A DNA stretch of 64,000 bases, taken from contig NC_068990.1 in NCBI RefSeq assembly GCF_001194135.2, positions 11,548,291 through 11,612,290 of the forward strand. Direction: 5' to 3'. Origin of the DNA: Octopus bimaculoides. Taxonomy: Eukaryota. The first letter of the stretch is position 1. Every line of letters starts with the position of its first letter. Both the position numbers and the translations under genes were made by a program. The notes under the pieces are model-generated. The model had not been told where the DNA came from and ran no database searches. It saw nothing but the letters and a program-made list of their open reading frames with translations. Positions 26,241 to 38,820 of this stretch are shown in pieces.

Positions 26241-26369
26241 CTATGTATATAGTTCTCAACGTGCAATTACTAATGCAAAGTATAACACTTATTTAGTGAG
26301 GTTTGCACTTTCCATTCCAGCACGTGGTGCGCTCTAGAGAGACGAAGACAAATATATCTCCGCAATAAG

Positions 26370-26990
26370 ATGGATTTATACGACAGTGACTGCTCCACCA
26401 TAAATATATCAGCATCAACCGATATGAATTATACCAAAATACTGATCGATAAAGTTGATAAAGTTGTGTGCAGAATGAGATGCATAGCATTTCTGTTTGA
26501 AGGAGAGTTAGCCACTACTGCAGCTGAGTATTATAACATAAAAGCGTACAAGTACTCACCTAGAGTTAATGACCTGGCCCTGTTTGAAGATAGGATCTCA
26601 GTAGCATTGAATTTCCTAAGTACAGGAATAATTTACAAACTAAACTCGCAAACGACTCACGCAAGATAAAATCCTCTACGCCTGTAATCGTATTCTCAGA
26701 TAAAACTAAAATCTTATATAAAGGCGATAAGGATGAATATAACTAGCTCTTAGATGATAGTAAAACTAATAAATAACAGAAAGTTAATAGTGATACCTAT
26801 AATAAAATTAATGACGAAGACAAACATATCGCCAAACCTTGAAGATAAGAGAGCTAATGTCTAGCTAAATGTAATGCTGAAGCGTAATCTTGCTGAAAGT
26901 CCATAAAACACTTCAAAAATAGACCTACCTGTAGATTAATGAAACCAACTAAAACAGGATCAGTTAGTAAAATGACTTATGTGACATAAA
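26370..26990 (+). pseudogene. Decayed Penelope-like ORF, N-terminal part
   Basis: MDLYDSDCSTINIS..YTKILIDKVDKVVCRMRCIAFLF..NDLALFED..(fs)LQTKLANDSRKIKSS..VFSDKTKILYK.DKDEYN..LKVHK(fs)FKNRPTCRLMKPTK; matches the N-terminal/RT-start pattern of marine-invertebrate PLE ORFs (KRMRWKAFF, ADKT, KDHK..PTCRLINP). Confidence 0.8.
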
Positions 26991-27189
26991 TATACGTACA
27001 AAGAAAGACACTAACCTAGTGCTGTAAAGTAGTACATAAGCTATGTTGGCTTGGTTTAATATTTGAGGGAAAATAAAGTCAAATTTACAGTTTGACATAA
27101 CATATTAAATTTTGTACTTGTCGGTCACTAGACCCGCACTAAATAAAGCTTTACGGTTCGTCTGTACGTTTGGCTCTACCAGCACTCAA

Positions 27190-27500
27190 GGCATCGTGCA
27201 AGTGGTTGAGCACTCCACAGACACGTGTACCCTTAACGTAGTTCTCGGGGGAGATTCAGCGTGACACAGAGTGTGACAAGGCTGCTCCTCTGAAATACAG
27301 GTACAACAGAAACAGGAAGATAGAGTGAGAGAAAGTTGTGGTGAAAGAGTACAGTAGGATTCGCCCCACCTCCTGCCGGAGCCTCGTGGAGCTTTAGGTG
27401 TTTTCGCTCAATAAACACTCACAACACCCGGTCTGGGAATCAAAACCGAGATCTACGACCGCGAGTCCGCTGTCCTAACCACTGGGCCATTGTGCCTCCA
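27190..27500 (-). mobile_element. Family-C SINE inserted in the PLE locus
   Basis: Reverse complement of the tRNA-like head at 27425-27500; body matches the 6352 and 10842 copies. Confidence 0.9.
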
Positions 27501-27569
27501 CCCACACCAGACTTATATGCATAACAATCTACAAACATGCAAGAATGATAACAGACTGACACACATACA

Positions 27570-27930
27570 AACGCACACTAACTACACAACCCCATACACA
27601 CACAGCATATGCAAACAAGCAGAAGACATCTTGCAAATTCACCAACGTCTACAAAACACAAATGTTGAAACGTTCAATTTTTACCAGAACATAACAAGAG
27701 TTATGTCCCCAGATCCCTTACATCCCTTTGAATCATATGATCTTTGGGACTGATGAGAAATCCATATGAAACGTAAGTATTAAATAATTATCAACAAATA
27801 CGGCTTTCGAAACCTAAGTTACCCTTAAGGGTATTGGTAAAATATATCAATAATAACATTCTGCTCTGTTGACTATATAATGCTCTCTTCTGTCTTTTCT
27901 GACTTTCTGCGGAAATTCGGAAACTTTGGA
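27570..27930 (+). mobile_element. Penelope-like pseudo-LTR copy 2 with hammerhead motif (core 27750-27779)
   Basis: CTGATGA-GAAATCCATAT-GAAAC-GTAA-GTA; stems I and II poorly paired. Confidence 0.7.
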
Positions 27931-27937
27931 TGCTACT

Positions 27938-27990
<53 letters not shown>

Positions 27991-28007
27991 AAGTATGTGG
28001 TGTTATA

Positions 28008-28300
28008 GAAGCTCCTTTCAAGACCAGATTTAGCAGTCTCCTTTAACATCTAGGAGAGATGCTATATCACCACCCTGGCTAGGCATGTATGGTAGTTGAA
28101 GGAAAGCACCAACAATTACAATAACAAGTGACGAGTATTGGTCAAGTGTCAGCTTCACTTCAACGGTAGCAGAAAATGCAGGCTATGCCTGGCTGAAGAA
28201 GAGAAGGATTTAAACAAAAACTTTTTTCACTCAGACACCAACATAAACTGCAAGAGCGAACTTTTTTTGCTTGTAACCACACGAAAGAATAATCGATCGC
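28008..28300 (+). pseudogene. Decayed Penelope-like GIY-YIG endonuclease C-terminus
   Basis: EAPFKTR..SFNI*ERCYITTLARHVW*LKE..NYNNK*RVL..NGSRKCRLCLAEE..NCKSELF; matches the PLE pattern TELSKHIW.LK..W.IL..NGSK.C.LCL.EK..LNKRSEL. Confidence 0.8.
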
Positions 28301-29319
28301 TTACCAACGGGCTCCACCATGACCATAAAATCTAGAACCTTTACCATAGATCCATACATAATCATAATCTGAGAGTCAAGCAAAGTTCTGACTTCGCCAA
28401 ACCATACACCTATAAATATACCTTTGCGCGTGCACCCACTCATAAGTTTAGATATTTGGCTGTCTACCTAATTCTCCTTCCAAAATCCTGAAACCCTAAC
28501 TTCGCTTGCATCTAAATCTCTCTTTTGCTGGCAGCTCCTAATAGCTCAGTTTTCTAAAATAAGTTTTGCTAAAGACAGTAACAGTTGTTGAATTCCAACT
28601 CCTAGTTGCCTTCTGCAACTTCGTTATAACTTCTTCACAGCACCCACAAACAGGATATGACACTTCCCCACTTACAATTACACAGAGAAGTCACCATTTT
28701 TCCAATGCTGACCAACTCTGGGGAGCACAATTGTTAGATATTGTTTGGTTACCTAATATCTTGTGTGAAAACGATTAGTAAGATTGGCTCTAATGGATCT
28801 ATAATACCTCTCTGTTTTGATTAATATGCCCACTCTACTGACAAATATACGAGTACCGATTTTTTTCAGACTTATGGATTCTTAGACGCCTATACATATA
28901 TCGTGTGCGTATATGTGAATGTGAGTATACATATGTGTGTGTATAAGCAGACCCACAGACAGACAGGTAAGCAGACAGACAGATAAATAGAATAGAGAGA
29001 AAAATGAGGTGGAACAGAAGAAATAATGAAGAATGGGAGTTAAGGAATATAATGGAGGACAATTAAAATAATATAAAATAACTTAAACCATACAGATTGA
29101 AACACAAGAAATAAAGAAAGAAATGCTGGAAGGAAAACTGTTAATGATTACAGAAAAGGAGCAGACAACATTCGTGTCAGTATTGACTGGTACAAATTAG
29201 TCTGGAGGTGATGGTGTGAGGGACCTTTGTCTTTCAATGATGAGGATTCAGTTGTCTGATGAACTGAATTACCTTTACCTTATTTAACACATAAATGGTT
29301 GAGTATTCTATGGACACAC

Positions 29320-29623
29320 GTACCCTTAATGCTACCTCAGGAATATAACCACCACATGTACACTTAATGCTATCTCAAGAATACAGCTTCAATATGTACC
29401 CTTAAGGTTGCATCATGGATGCAGTCACCACATGTACCCTTAATGCTACCTCAAGAATATAGCTTCCACATGTACCCTTAATGCTACCTCTTGAATACAA
29501 TCACCATATGTACCCTTAATGCTACCTTAAGAATATGGCTTCCATATTTACCCTTAATGCTACATCATAGATACAATCACCACACATGTACCCTTAATGC
29601 TACCTTATGAATACAGCTACCAG
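29320..29623 (+). repeat. 39-bp minisatellite, 8 units, alternating A/B variants
   Basis: Unit ATGTACCCTTAATGCTACCTCAAGAATATAGCTTCCAC; unit ends alternate ..CACCAC / ..GCTTC.. Confidence 0.95.
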
Positions 29624-31744
29624 ACTGATTAGCATGGAACAACTGCTTACTAATAATTTTTATTCTGTCTTCCTGCTTAGCCTGACTTTACCCTAACTGT
29701 ATCATCGTCTCTGTTCCTCATGTCACCCCCAACTGCAGTACCACTCTCTCTTCTCTCATCATTCATATTATGCCTATCCTTTCCATTTATCTCTTCTCCC
29801 AAGACATCAGTCTTCTTGATTGCATCTTGACAGTCCATTATTTTCATGCAGCTAGTCAAGGAGTACATCAAGGATGCCTATCTCACTAGTCCAGGACTGC
29901 AGAGTCATGAGCGCAGTTTCTTCTTGCAAACCAATAAAATATTTAAGTCAACTATTTCACTGGTGCAAGTTACTGAATTTCTTTGGAGAAGGCATGTGTT
30001 ACATGGCACATAGTATCTATTTCATCAAAGCACAAGAAACAGGGAACCAAATCATTGCACAAATACATTAATCAGATTTTGTCCTTGAACACAAAATAAA
30101 AATCACTGACCTTTAAGCTTCTAACTCAAGGAGCCTTTACATGATCACATAAACTACAAGAAATAGCAGTCGTATATTTATATCAACCCTTCTCCTCTTA
30201 GGAATCAAAGGAACATTGAATGATATTAATCTACATTGACTTTGTTAGGAAAAAGATGTGTTGGTCACAGTTGGAATGCACTTGATCATAAATCTACTTC
30301 ATCAGACACAACCTTGCATTAAATAATAACAACAACAGTGACAACAGTATGCATTCAACCAATTCTAATTTGAAACGAGAACATATGATAATCAATGTAT
30401 AAAGGTTCCTTATCATCTCACCATTTAGGCACTACTGAATATTCTGTTCATTGAATATAACATTGGTATATCGGCACATCTATCACCATATTATACCTAT
30501 GTTAATATTTTAACTCACCACTTAATAATAACCTCAGCTATTGAAGAACTTATTGATTATAAAGTATTCCTGCTGTTTATAGGAATGATATGATAAATAT
30601 CCTTGCATAATATGTCTGTTGTTGGACTACACAGCACTTGGCTTTATGAAATTCAGCAATTCTATTAATGTTATTCCAAAGTGTCATACATGTATGAATA
30701 AATATGAAAATCACTTCAGTAGTAATTTTTAAACTTTGAAATGTTTTTATGTTTTATCAGAATGCTTAGACTATGCATTGTTGTATGTATTGGCAATCTC
30801 TTTTGTCCCCTAATATATTTATATTAAATTACTTCTGAAATCTAATCCTTAATACTAACAATATTTTTCAGCAGTAGAATTCTATTACTTTTCTATGACA
30901 CTGTCATGCAATTATATTGCAGTTTCTAAACCATATGAAATGGCGACAAAGTTATCTCACTTGAAGATAAAGTATTAATGCGATGCTCTTTCTAAGATAT
31001 ATTTATGATATATGACTTTCACAGATTGCCAGTTTTTGCAAAAACAACCATTGTTTGAATGATATTGTAGATAGAAAGTATTTACAGATATTTTAGTTAT
31101 TCCTTGTTAGTTTCTTAAATGCATTGTTATCATCATAATCATCAGCAAAGACACCCTTACCAACAATCTACGTTGTTTTTACTATTCTGCCATGTTATGT
31201 AGAATGGCAAAACTTGTATGAAATGAATTATTCATACATTTAAGATTGAAATATAACAATACTAGAATAAATTTTGATCTGATGCTAATGTATGCCCTTA
31301 TGGAAGTATGAAAATATACAGACTATTGCAAACATCCATACTAGTTTAGAATACAAAATACACTGCATGTATAATAGTAGAATGGATTTATTTACAGCAC
31401 AATATTTAGGTAAGCTGCTACAAATTAATTTTGATGTGAGAAAATGTTCACCAGTTTTAGTATGTATTTATCCTACTGGTATGAAATCTCTCACCAACAT
31501 TCTTCAACACCTGGCACATATGTGTTCTGTATCCTTTCTCTACACTTTTTACTGCTTCCTTGGTGCTGCATGGTCTCTTACTGCTTCTGTTCAGACTCTC
31601 CAAATTCATTCATCTCTCTGTTCCTTTCATCTACCCATAGTATTTTTTCCCCACCCACAACATTCTGGATTAACTACTAGCTCTGGTTCTTCTTCCAGGA
31701 ATGTTGACTTCCTGAAATTTCTTCTTAGCACATGTTTTACTTAC

Positions 31745-31847
31745 AAATATCGATTGTTCAAGAAAAGCTTTAATAGCGTTGATTTCCTCCAATCCCAAAG
31801 GGTTTATAAACACCAGAGCTTCAACTCCTTTCTCCAAATGCCCTCCA
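31745..31847 (-). CDS. Candidate internal exon: GGHLEKGVEALVFINPLGLEEINAIKAFLEQSIF
   Basis: Pyrimidine-rich acceptor ending GAAG|, 103 nt open, perfect donor TTT|GTAAGT; no homolog recognised and the AAG acceptor is suboptimal. Confidence 0.25.
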
Positions 31848-32870
31848 CTTCAAATAAAATTAAGGATGAGATTGCTTTATGAGAAATACTTTGAAGTGAA
31901 GTCTAAATTTCAACACTTATTAAGTAGTATCTATGTAATAGTTGCTTCTCCTATGTTTGCCTCACTTTAATTTATGGCTGAAGGGTTATTGGTAAAAAGA
32001 TAAAAACATTAAACATATAATCCATACACAATATCATGTTATCAGAAACTTTCTATTATCATAACACCAACTGCAAAAAACACAGAGTGCTGATATTTTC
32101 AGCCAATGCCTAGAGAGTCTTTTTTGCATTTTTAATAAGCATGTACGCTCATATTTTCAGAATTCTAATACATTATAACAATACCCAGCTGTTTTTCTTT
32201 TTTCCTGCTGTCACTCAAGTAGGCAGAGTTTGCTTTTGTTGTTGTTGTTTCTTTTAATTTCGAAAGTTTCTCTGTGCTGAATTTATTATTAATTATGGTT
32301 CTGCTGTAATAATTAAAAAATATTCTGCCATAATTCGCTATAATTCTTCTTTGTTGGAAAATATATTGAATTAGTTTTCAGAATAGCTGATTTCTTAACT
32401 GCAACAATTTTTCTTTAATAATGTTTGTCTCGTATAAGAATTTCAGACATATTTGTGAGTGTTGCTGATATATATTTTTTTCCCCTTAAGGAAACATTAT
32501 TTCTTATTTTAAAATTTAAGCTGACACTTGGGAGTTTCTACTTTGTTTTCAGAAATTTGAAAGCTGTCACTGATTAAAGTAAATATATTGTCCACTTATA
32601 GATATCATTCGAATGGTCAGTTCAGACAATCTGACAGAAATTAACTTGACACAGTCAGGTTTGAAGTTTATGTAAGCTACAAACAATTTGATGACATGAT
32701 TGTGAATGCAATGATTAGACAAGGAACCATTCAGACAGCTTCCGGTATTTTCCACTCTCTAAAATGTTGATACGGGTGCCTGGAGGATCCTTCAATTCAC
32801 TATTTAGTCTGTTAAACTAGACTATGGCTAAGAATGAGAACAGAGTAAATAGCTGGATAAATAGCTGAAT

Positions 32871-33545
32871 CATCATCATCGTTTAATGTCCACTTTCCAT
32901 GCTAGCATGGGTTGGACGATTTGACTGAGGACTAGTGAAACCAGGTGGCTACACCAGGCCCCAGTCTAACCTGGCAGAGTTTCTACAGCTGGATGCCCTT
33001 CCTAACGACAACCACTCCAAGAGTGTAGTGGGTGCTTTTACGTGCCACCAGCACGAAGGCCAATCAGGAGGTACTGGCAATGGTGTATCTTACGTGTCAC
33101 CTGCATAGGAGCCAGTCCAGCAGTACTGGCAATGAACTCGCTCGAATGTCTTTTCATGTGACACTGGCACAAGTGCCAGGAAGGTGACGTTGGTAACGAT
33201 CACGCTCAAATGGTGCTATTTATGTGCCAACGGTACGGAAGCCAGACAGCTGTTCTAGCAATGATCACGCTCTTAGTGCTCCACTGGTACAGGTGCCATC
33301 ACGATTTTGCTTTCGCTTGCCCCAACAAGTCTTCACATGCCGAGTTTAGTGTTCAATGAAAGAGATGTTGGCATGGATGTCAGTCTACAAATTTAGTTCG
33401 ATTTCGATTTCACTTGCCTCAACAGGTCTTCGCAAGTGAATTTAGTGTCCAATGAAGGAACGTTACGCGTAAGTGGGCTGGCTACATCCCTGGCAGGGGC
33501 CTTGGATTTTGGTCTCACTTGACTTGCCAGGTCTTCTCACACACA
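32871..33545 (-). mobile_element. RTE-related retroposon 3' region with (GAT)n tail and internal degenerate ~60-70 bp subrepeats
   Basis: CATCATCATCGTTTAATGTCCACTTTCCATGCTAGCATGGG end; repeated TACGTG.CACC.GCA..CCAG..TACTGGCAATG units. Confidence 0.75.
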
Positions 33546-34614
33546 GAAATAAGAATTATGAAAAGCATAAGCAAAATGTTTATGAGGCCAGAGTAGTGAA
33601 CTACCAGTCCATTATTCTTAAGCTCAAGTTCATGCCAGACATTTAGCTGTATTACTCTGCAGTACAATTCATGCCATTGGTCTTACTTGAATATATAATA
33701 ATAAGTCCATATCAAGACAGAGATATTTTCCACTTATCATATTATTGCTATAAGACTGAAACTAAACATAAGTCTTTCAATGTTAGACTTGTGAAAGTTG
33801 GTAATTAGCATAATCTAACAGAATATGAAGAATAATATTCAGAGAGTACACTGAATGTAAACTTGTCCAGAAAATAGCCACCTGGTATGATAGACTGAAT
33901 AAAAAACCAGATTTGAAAACAAATACTATTTCCCATTTCAAGAGACTTATACAGAAAGAAGGGTAACTGATTGTAAAATATTAGCAGTCTAATAAATTCA
34001 AGAATACATCAGACAATGCATGGAAAATCTTTAGCCAGTGACAGCTTCAAAAAGTCAATAAAATTATAAGAAAGGAAGAATTTGTAGCATACAAATAAGT
34101 ATTCTGTGTTTAACTATATATGATTATCTATTGTCTGTATCGGATTCTTGGCAAAATTAACAATTACATTCTGCATTAAATTGGTAGGTTTGGAAGGCCA
34201 AACACAGCTAAAAATGTTCTATTCTTTTAATGATGGTTTAAAATGTCATGTTAAGAATAGCTTGTTGGCAACTCCAAGATCTATATACATACAGACACAT
34301 ACATACATGCATACATACATACATACATATATACATATATACATACACATACATATATACATATTGATGGATGCATACATACATACATATNNNNNNNNNN
34401 NNNNNNNNNNNNNNNNNNNNNNNNNNNNNNNNNNNNNNNNNNNNNNNNNNNNNNNNNNNNNNNNNNNNNNNNNNNNNNNNNNNNNNNNNNNNNNNNNNNN
34501 NNNNNNNNNNNNNNNNNNNNNNNNNNNNNNNNNNNNNNNNNNNNNNNNNNNNNNNNNNNNNNNNNNNNNNNNNNNNNNNNNNNNNNNNNNNNNNNNNNNN
34601 NNNNNATATATATA

Positions 34615-34650
<36 letters not shown>

Positions 34651-35930
34651 TAAGCATATTCTTTCTCACACACATATATCATACATTGTAATTACTCGTG
34701 TAAAATGAGAAAATCTAATGCAAAGCAACAAGGTTAAAATTGGGGTAGCATTATAACTTAAACGTAAAAAAAGAAAATAGTATAAAATATATTATTGATT
34801 TTACACACAAAAACGAATTGTACTCACGTAAACATAGAGCATGTGTGAGCTTGTGTGTGTGCGCGTGCGCATGTGTGTGGTGGTCGGGGGTGTCTTTTAC
34901 TGAAAAGTTGTGATCTCAGCACAGTTACTGTCAGCTTCTTTCACTTTCTAAGACTGGAAAATGGACGTGAGTGATGTGTTGTTTATGTTCTTTGTTTTCT
35001 TTTTCTTTTCTTCTTTGCTTGTTTTATATCTCTATGGTTGGAGGGGGTTGTGGGCTTTGGTCGATCCGTTTGGATTGAAATCTGCTGAACTATTTCATTA
35101 GTAGAACAGAGTTCGCCTTTGATCTTGAAGTTACGTTGGATAATCTGTCTGATTTAGAAAATGATAAGTAGGTTTTTTATAATGGGAAAATTGTTTCAGC
35201 TTAGCATTGAGTAGCAGGGTAAAGTGATTTGATTGGATCACTGAATCATTTTGTTTTATTTTTTCATGATTAGTCCTCTCCTCACAACATATTGGTGAAA
35301 GATGACGGTAGAGAACACTTGTTCGACAGAGGACACTCAGAGTAAGATTGAACTCAGAACCATCTAGTGACAAAATGGGTCTGTTAACCACATCCATGGA
35401 TGACAAATACGTCAATCTCCTTAACACTTTGATAATGTCGGTTTGGTTCTGCACATTTGTCCTCCAACACAAATTGACTTTTAGGGAACAATAATGTTTG
35501 CTTATATATATATATTCCTAATATTTTATTAGTTTCAGTCACAGAACTGCAATAATGTTGGGTCACTGTCTTCAAATAGTTTAGTCAATTATATAATAGC
35601 CCCCATAATTTGTCTGGTATATATATATATGTCATTATGTTTCTTCTCCTATGAGAGATGAATGATAAAGTCACTTGTCGTGCAACTATCAGAACTAAAT
35701 TACAATGATTCTTTTTCTTTTCCCAGATGAATTTTGTTCATCTCATGTTCATGTAGATACACACAGGGACACTGACGAGGTGAAATGCAAGATTGCGTAA
35801 TACTTCTGCTACTGTTACGTAATTAATTCGGCATCTTGCTGAAAAGCGTGTATGTCGTATAAATCTTTGAATACCACACTTGTTTTCTGCTTATTAGTCA
35901 ATGTGTGTATGTACATAAATACGTACGCAC

Positions 35931-35961
<31 letters not shown>

Positions 35962-35984
35962 TGTATGTGTGTGTGTATGGGGGC

Positions 35985-36190
35985 ATGTAACCTAATAGTT
36001 AGGGTGTTGGACTAAGAATGTGGTTTCAATTTCTGGATCAGGAGATTTGTTGTGTTCTTGATCAAAGCCCTTTATTTCACATTGCTTCTGTCCAGTCAGC
36101 TGACAAAAACGAAAACACCAGATGCTGAGAGCCATTGCCAAGTGGCATCATGTGACAATATCCACTATGAGGGGTATAGCGTAGGAAGAT
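35985..36190 (+). mobile_element. Family-D SINE
   Basis: TAGTTAGGGTGTTGGACT head, GGTTTCAATTTC B-box-like, CCCTTTATTTCACATTGCT..CCAGTCAGCTG body. Confidence 0.6.
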
Positions 36191-37539
36191 ATCAGATACA
36201 AGTCATACGATCATACATGATGAGGTGAGAGCAGATTCTGGCCTCCAAAACACGAGATAAAAATGAGTTCTTGCAAAAATTATTTGATTTCCTATCTCAT
36301 GTGAATAAAATCCATTAGACTGCCACATCTTGTAAGCTGTCATGTAAAAAATGGCTGGCATTACGGAGCGGAAGTCGCGATGGGATTCAGCATCAGTGTG
36401 TAATGATCGGCTTGGGTTGAAGCTACATAAACATGACATACAGTCACTTCTGTGTAGGAACAGCAGTGGTATCAGGGGCGATGGGAGCAGTTTTCTTGAT
36501 TAGCCTTTCTAATTATTGATCTATTCAGCTAAATGTGTTCTGGGATTATGTTCCTTTCTCTCGTTAGCGTGTTTCGTTTTACTTGCATCTTGTTTTATTG
36601 CGGTTGCTAGCTTTCCCTGTATCATATGTATATATTTATGTATGTATGTATATATATATATAANNNNNNNNNNNNNNNNNNNNNNNNNNNNNNNNNNNNN
36701 NNNNNNNNNNNNNNNNNNNNNNNNNNNNNNNNNNNNNNNNNNNNNNNNNNNNNNNNNNNNNNNNNNNNNNNNNNNNNNNNNNNNNNNNNNNNNNNNNNNN
36801 NNNNNNNNNNTATATATATATATATATATATATTTTTTTTCATGGTTACACAAATATATATATACATACATATATATATATACACAGACATTTGAGCACA
36901 CATAAAAACAATCGCACTTATACACACAAGCGTACATACATATTATATATATATATGATATATGAAAATACACATGTGTGCCTGTTCATCCTATTTTTCA
37001 ATTATCATGGTGAGATGACAATTAAGAAATATATAAAGCAACATTAAAACAAGGAGAGAAAGAAAGAAGTGAAGAAGGGAAAACACAAATAACATTTTAT
37101 ACAAACACTGAAATAGGCAAAAATTAGACAAGATCGAGAAAATAGGAAAAAGACAACAGAAAACATTCCAACCAAACACAAACAAAGAATATTTACATAA
37201 TTCTAAAATTAGTTTAAAATGAATGAAAAACAAAGAAATTTTAAAAATTTGCTATTTTCACCAAAATACTTCAAAATTAATGAGAATTAAAGACAAAGAC
37301 AATGAAAAAATATAGTCATTTGGTGGGTAAACTAGATTTTAGTAAATAAGACACGCGCCTGGGACCACTTTTATGATATATTCCCGGAGTTGCTAAGGAA
37401 TATAGACTTAAAAATAGCAAAAGACTTGTAAATGTATCAAGCAGAAATAGGTTTATATTGATGACACAAATATATACACCTAAAACAAACAAACAAAAAA
37501 AACACTAAATAAGGGCAGGAGTGATTGTGTGATAATGTG

Positions 37540-37716
37540 TTTGCGTCCCCACAAACATCGCCTGCTGGTGTGTTTACGTGCCCGTAACTTAGCGGTTCGG
37601 CAAAAGAGTCCGATAGAATAAGTGCTAGGCTTACAAAGAAAATGTTCTGTCAATTTGTTCGATGAAAGGCGGTGCTCCAGCATGGCCGCAGTCAAATGAC
37701 TGAAACAAGTAAAAGA
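37540..37716 (+). mobile_element. Family-B SINE 3' half
   Basis: CCCGTAACTTAGCGGTTCGGCAAAAGAG..GGCGGTGCTCCAGCATGGCCGCAGTCAAATGACTGAAACAAGTAAAAGA. Confidence 0.9.
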
Positions 37717-38536
37717 GTATATATATATATATATGTATGTATATATGTATGTATGTATCTATGTATGTATGTATGTATGTATACACACACACACGCATGC
37801 ACACACACACACATATATATACTAATATATATATGTTTACATATATAAATATACATATATATGTATGTTTTTATGTATGTGTATGTATGTATATATTAAT
37901 ACATACATGCGTGCGCGTACTCACACATATTTATATATTTATATATGTGTATGTGTGTACTTTTATATGTACATAGATATGCTCGACTTGTGTGTCCATC
38001 TGTTTGTGTGTTTTGCATGAAGATATATCTGTCAACATCCTCCTCTCCATCTATTTACACACACAATCACACACACGTTACTAAATGTATCACATCTCCT
38101 CGCTTCTTTCTCTTCTCTCTTTTCTTCTCCGTTCTCTTCGGTTTGTTAATTACAAATGATCAATCTGGCTAAGATCCTGATGTTGAAAAGTGCTTATTGA
38201 TCCTCATAAACACTTTTGTTTTTTCTTTCTCTTTCCATTCTATTTACTCTCTTTTCTTTTCCTCTTTCTCTCATTGTCTTGGATCCAGCTTCTGTCATTT
38301 TATCTCAATTCCTAGGAAATTATTATTCAATTCGTTTCCGTGTTTTTTTTTTTTTATATCATTTCTACTTCTTTTCTTACAGGTTCTTCATATACCTATC
38401 TGTATACACATTTTGAAATTAACTTATTCTAATACGGGCAGGGGCTTCTAACCTTCAAACTTCTGAATTCATTTCCTTTTTACGCTTATGCTCTGTCAGT
38501 AAATATTTCCCACATGAAATTACACATCATACTTGA

Positions 38537-38617
38537 AGCTCCGATGAAGCTATAGGGTGATATTCAAGCATCCACCTGTGTGTGTATTGCACCTTTTAAC
38601 AGAAACAGCTGTAAGCT
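38537..38617 (+). ncRNA. Degenerate type I hammerhead ribozyme motif with long stem II
   Basis: AGCT-CCGATGA-(stem II with AGGGTG/CACCTT)-AGAAAC-AGCT-GTA-AGCT; 4-bp stem I; palindromic stem III loop. Confidence 0.55.
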
Positions 38618-38776
38618 GACGAAGGTCATAACATAATTTTTTATTTCTTTGTCATTTTAATTTCTTATTGCTGATCTGTACTCCACTTACACTTCGATCT
38701 GAAGCTTATGCATATTGAGTTTTGACACCAGGTTGTTAGTGTTGCTATACCTAAGCAAAATATTAATATATTTTAT

Positions 38777-38820
<44 letters not shown>

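Noticed and set aside
29320-29623. CRISPR-like regular repeats (also 40381-40492 and 54172-54636)
   Set aside because: Head-to-tail tandem units with no unique spacers, in eukaryotic DNA with no cas genes
31292-31882. 196-aa plus-strand ORF
   Set aside because: No recognisable motif, composition typical of a non-coding or antisense frame
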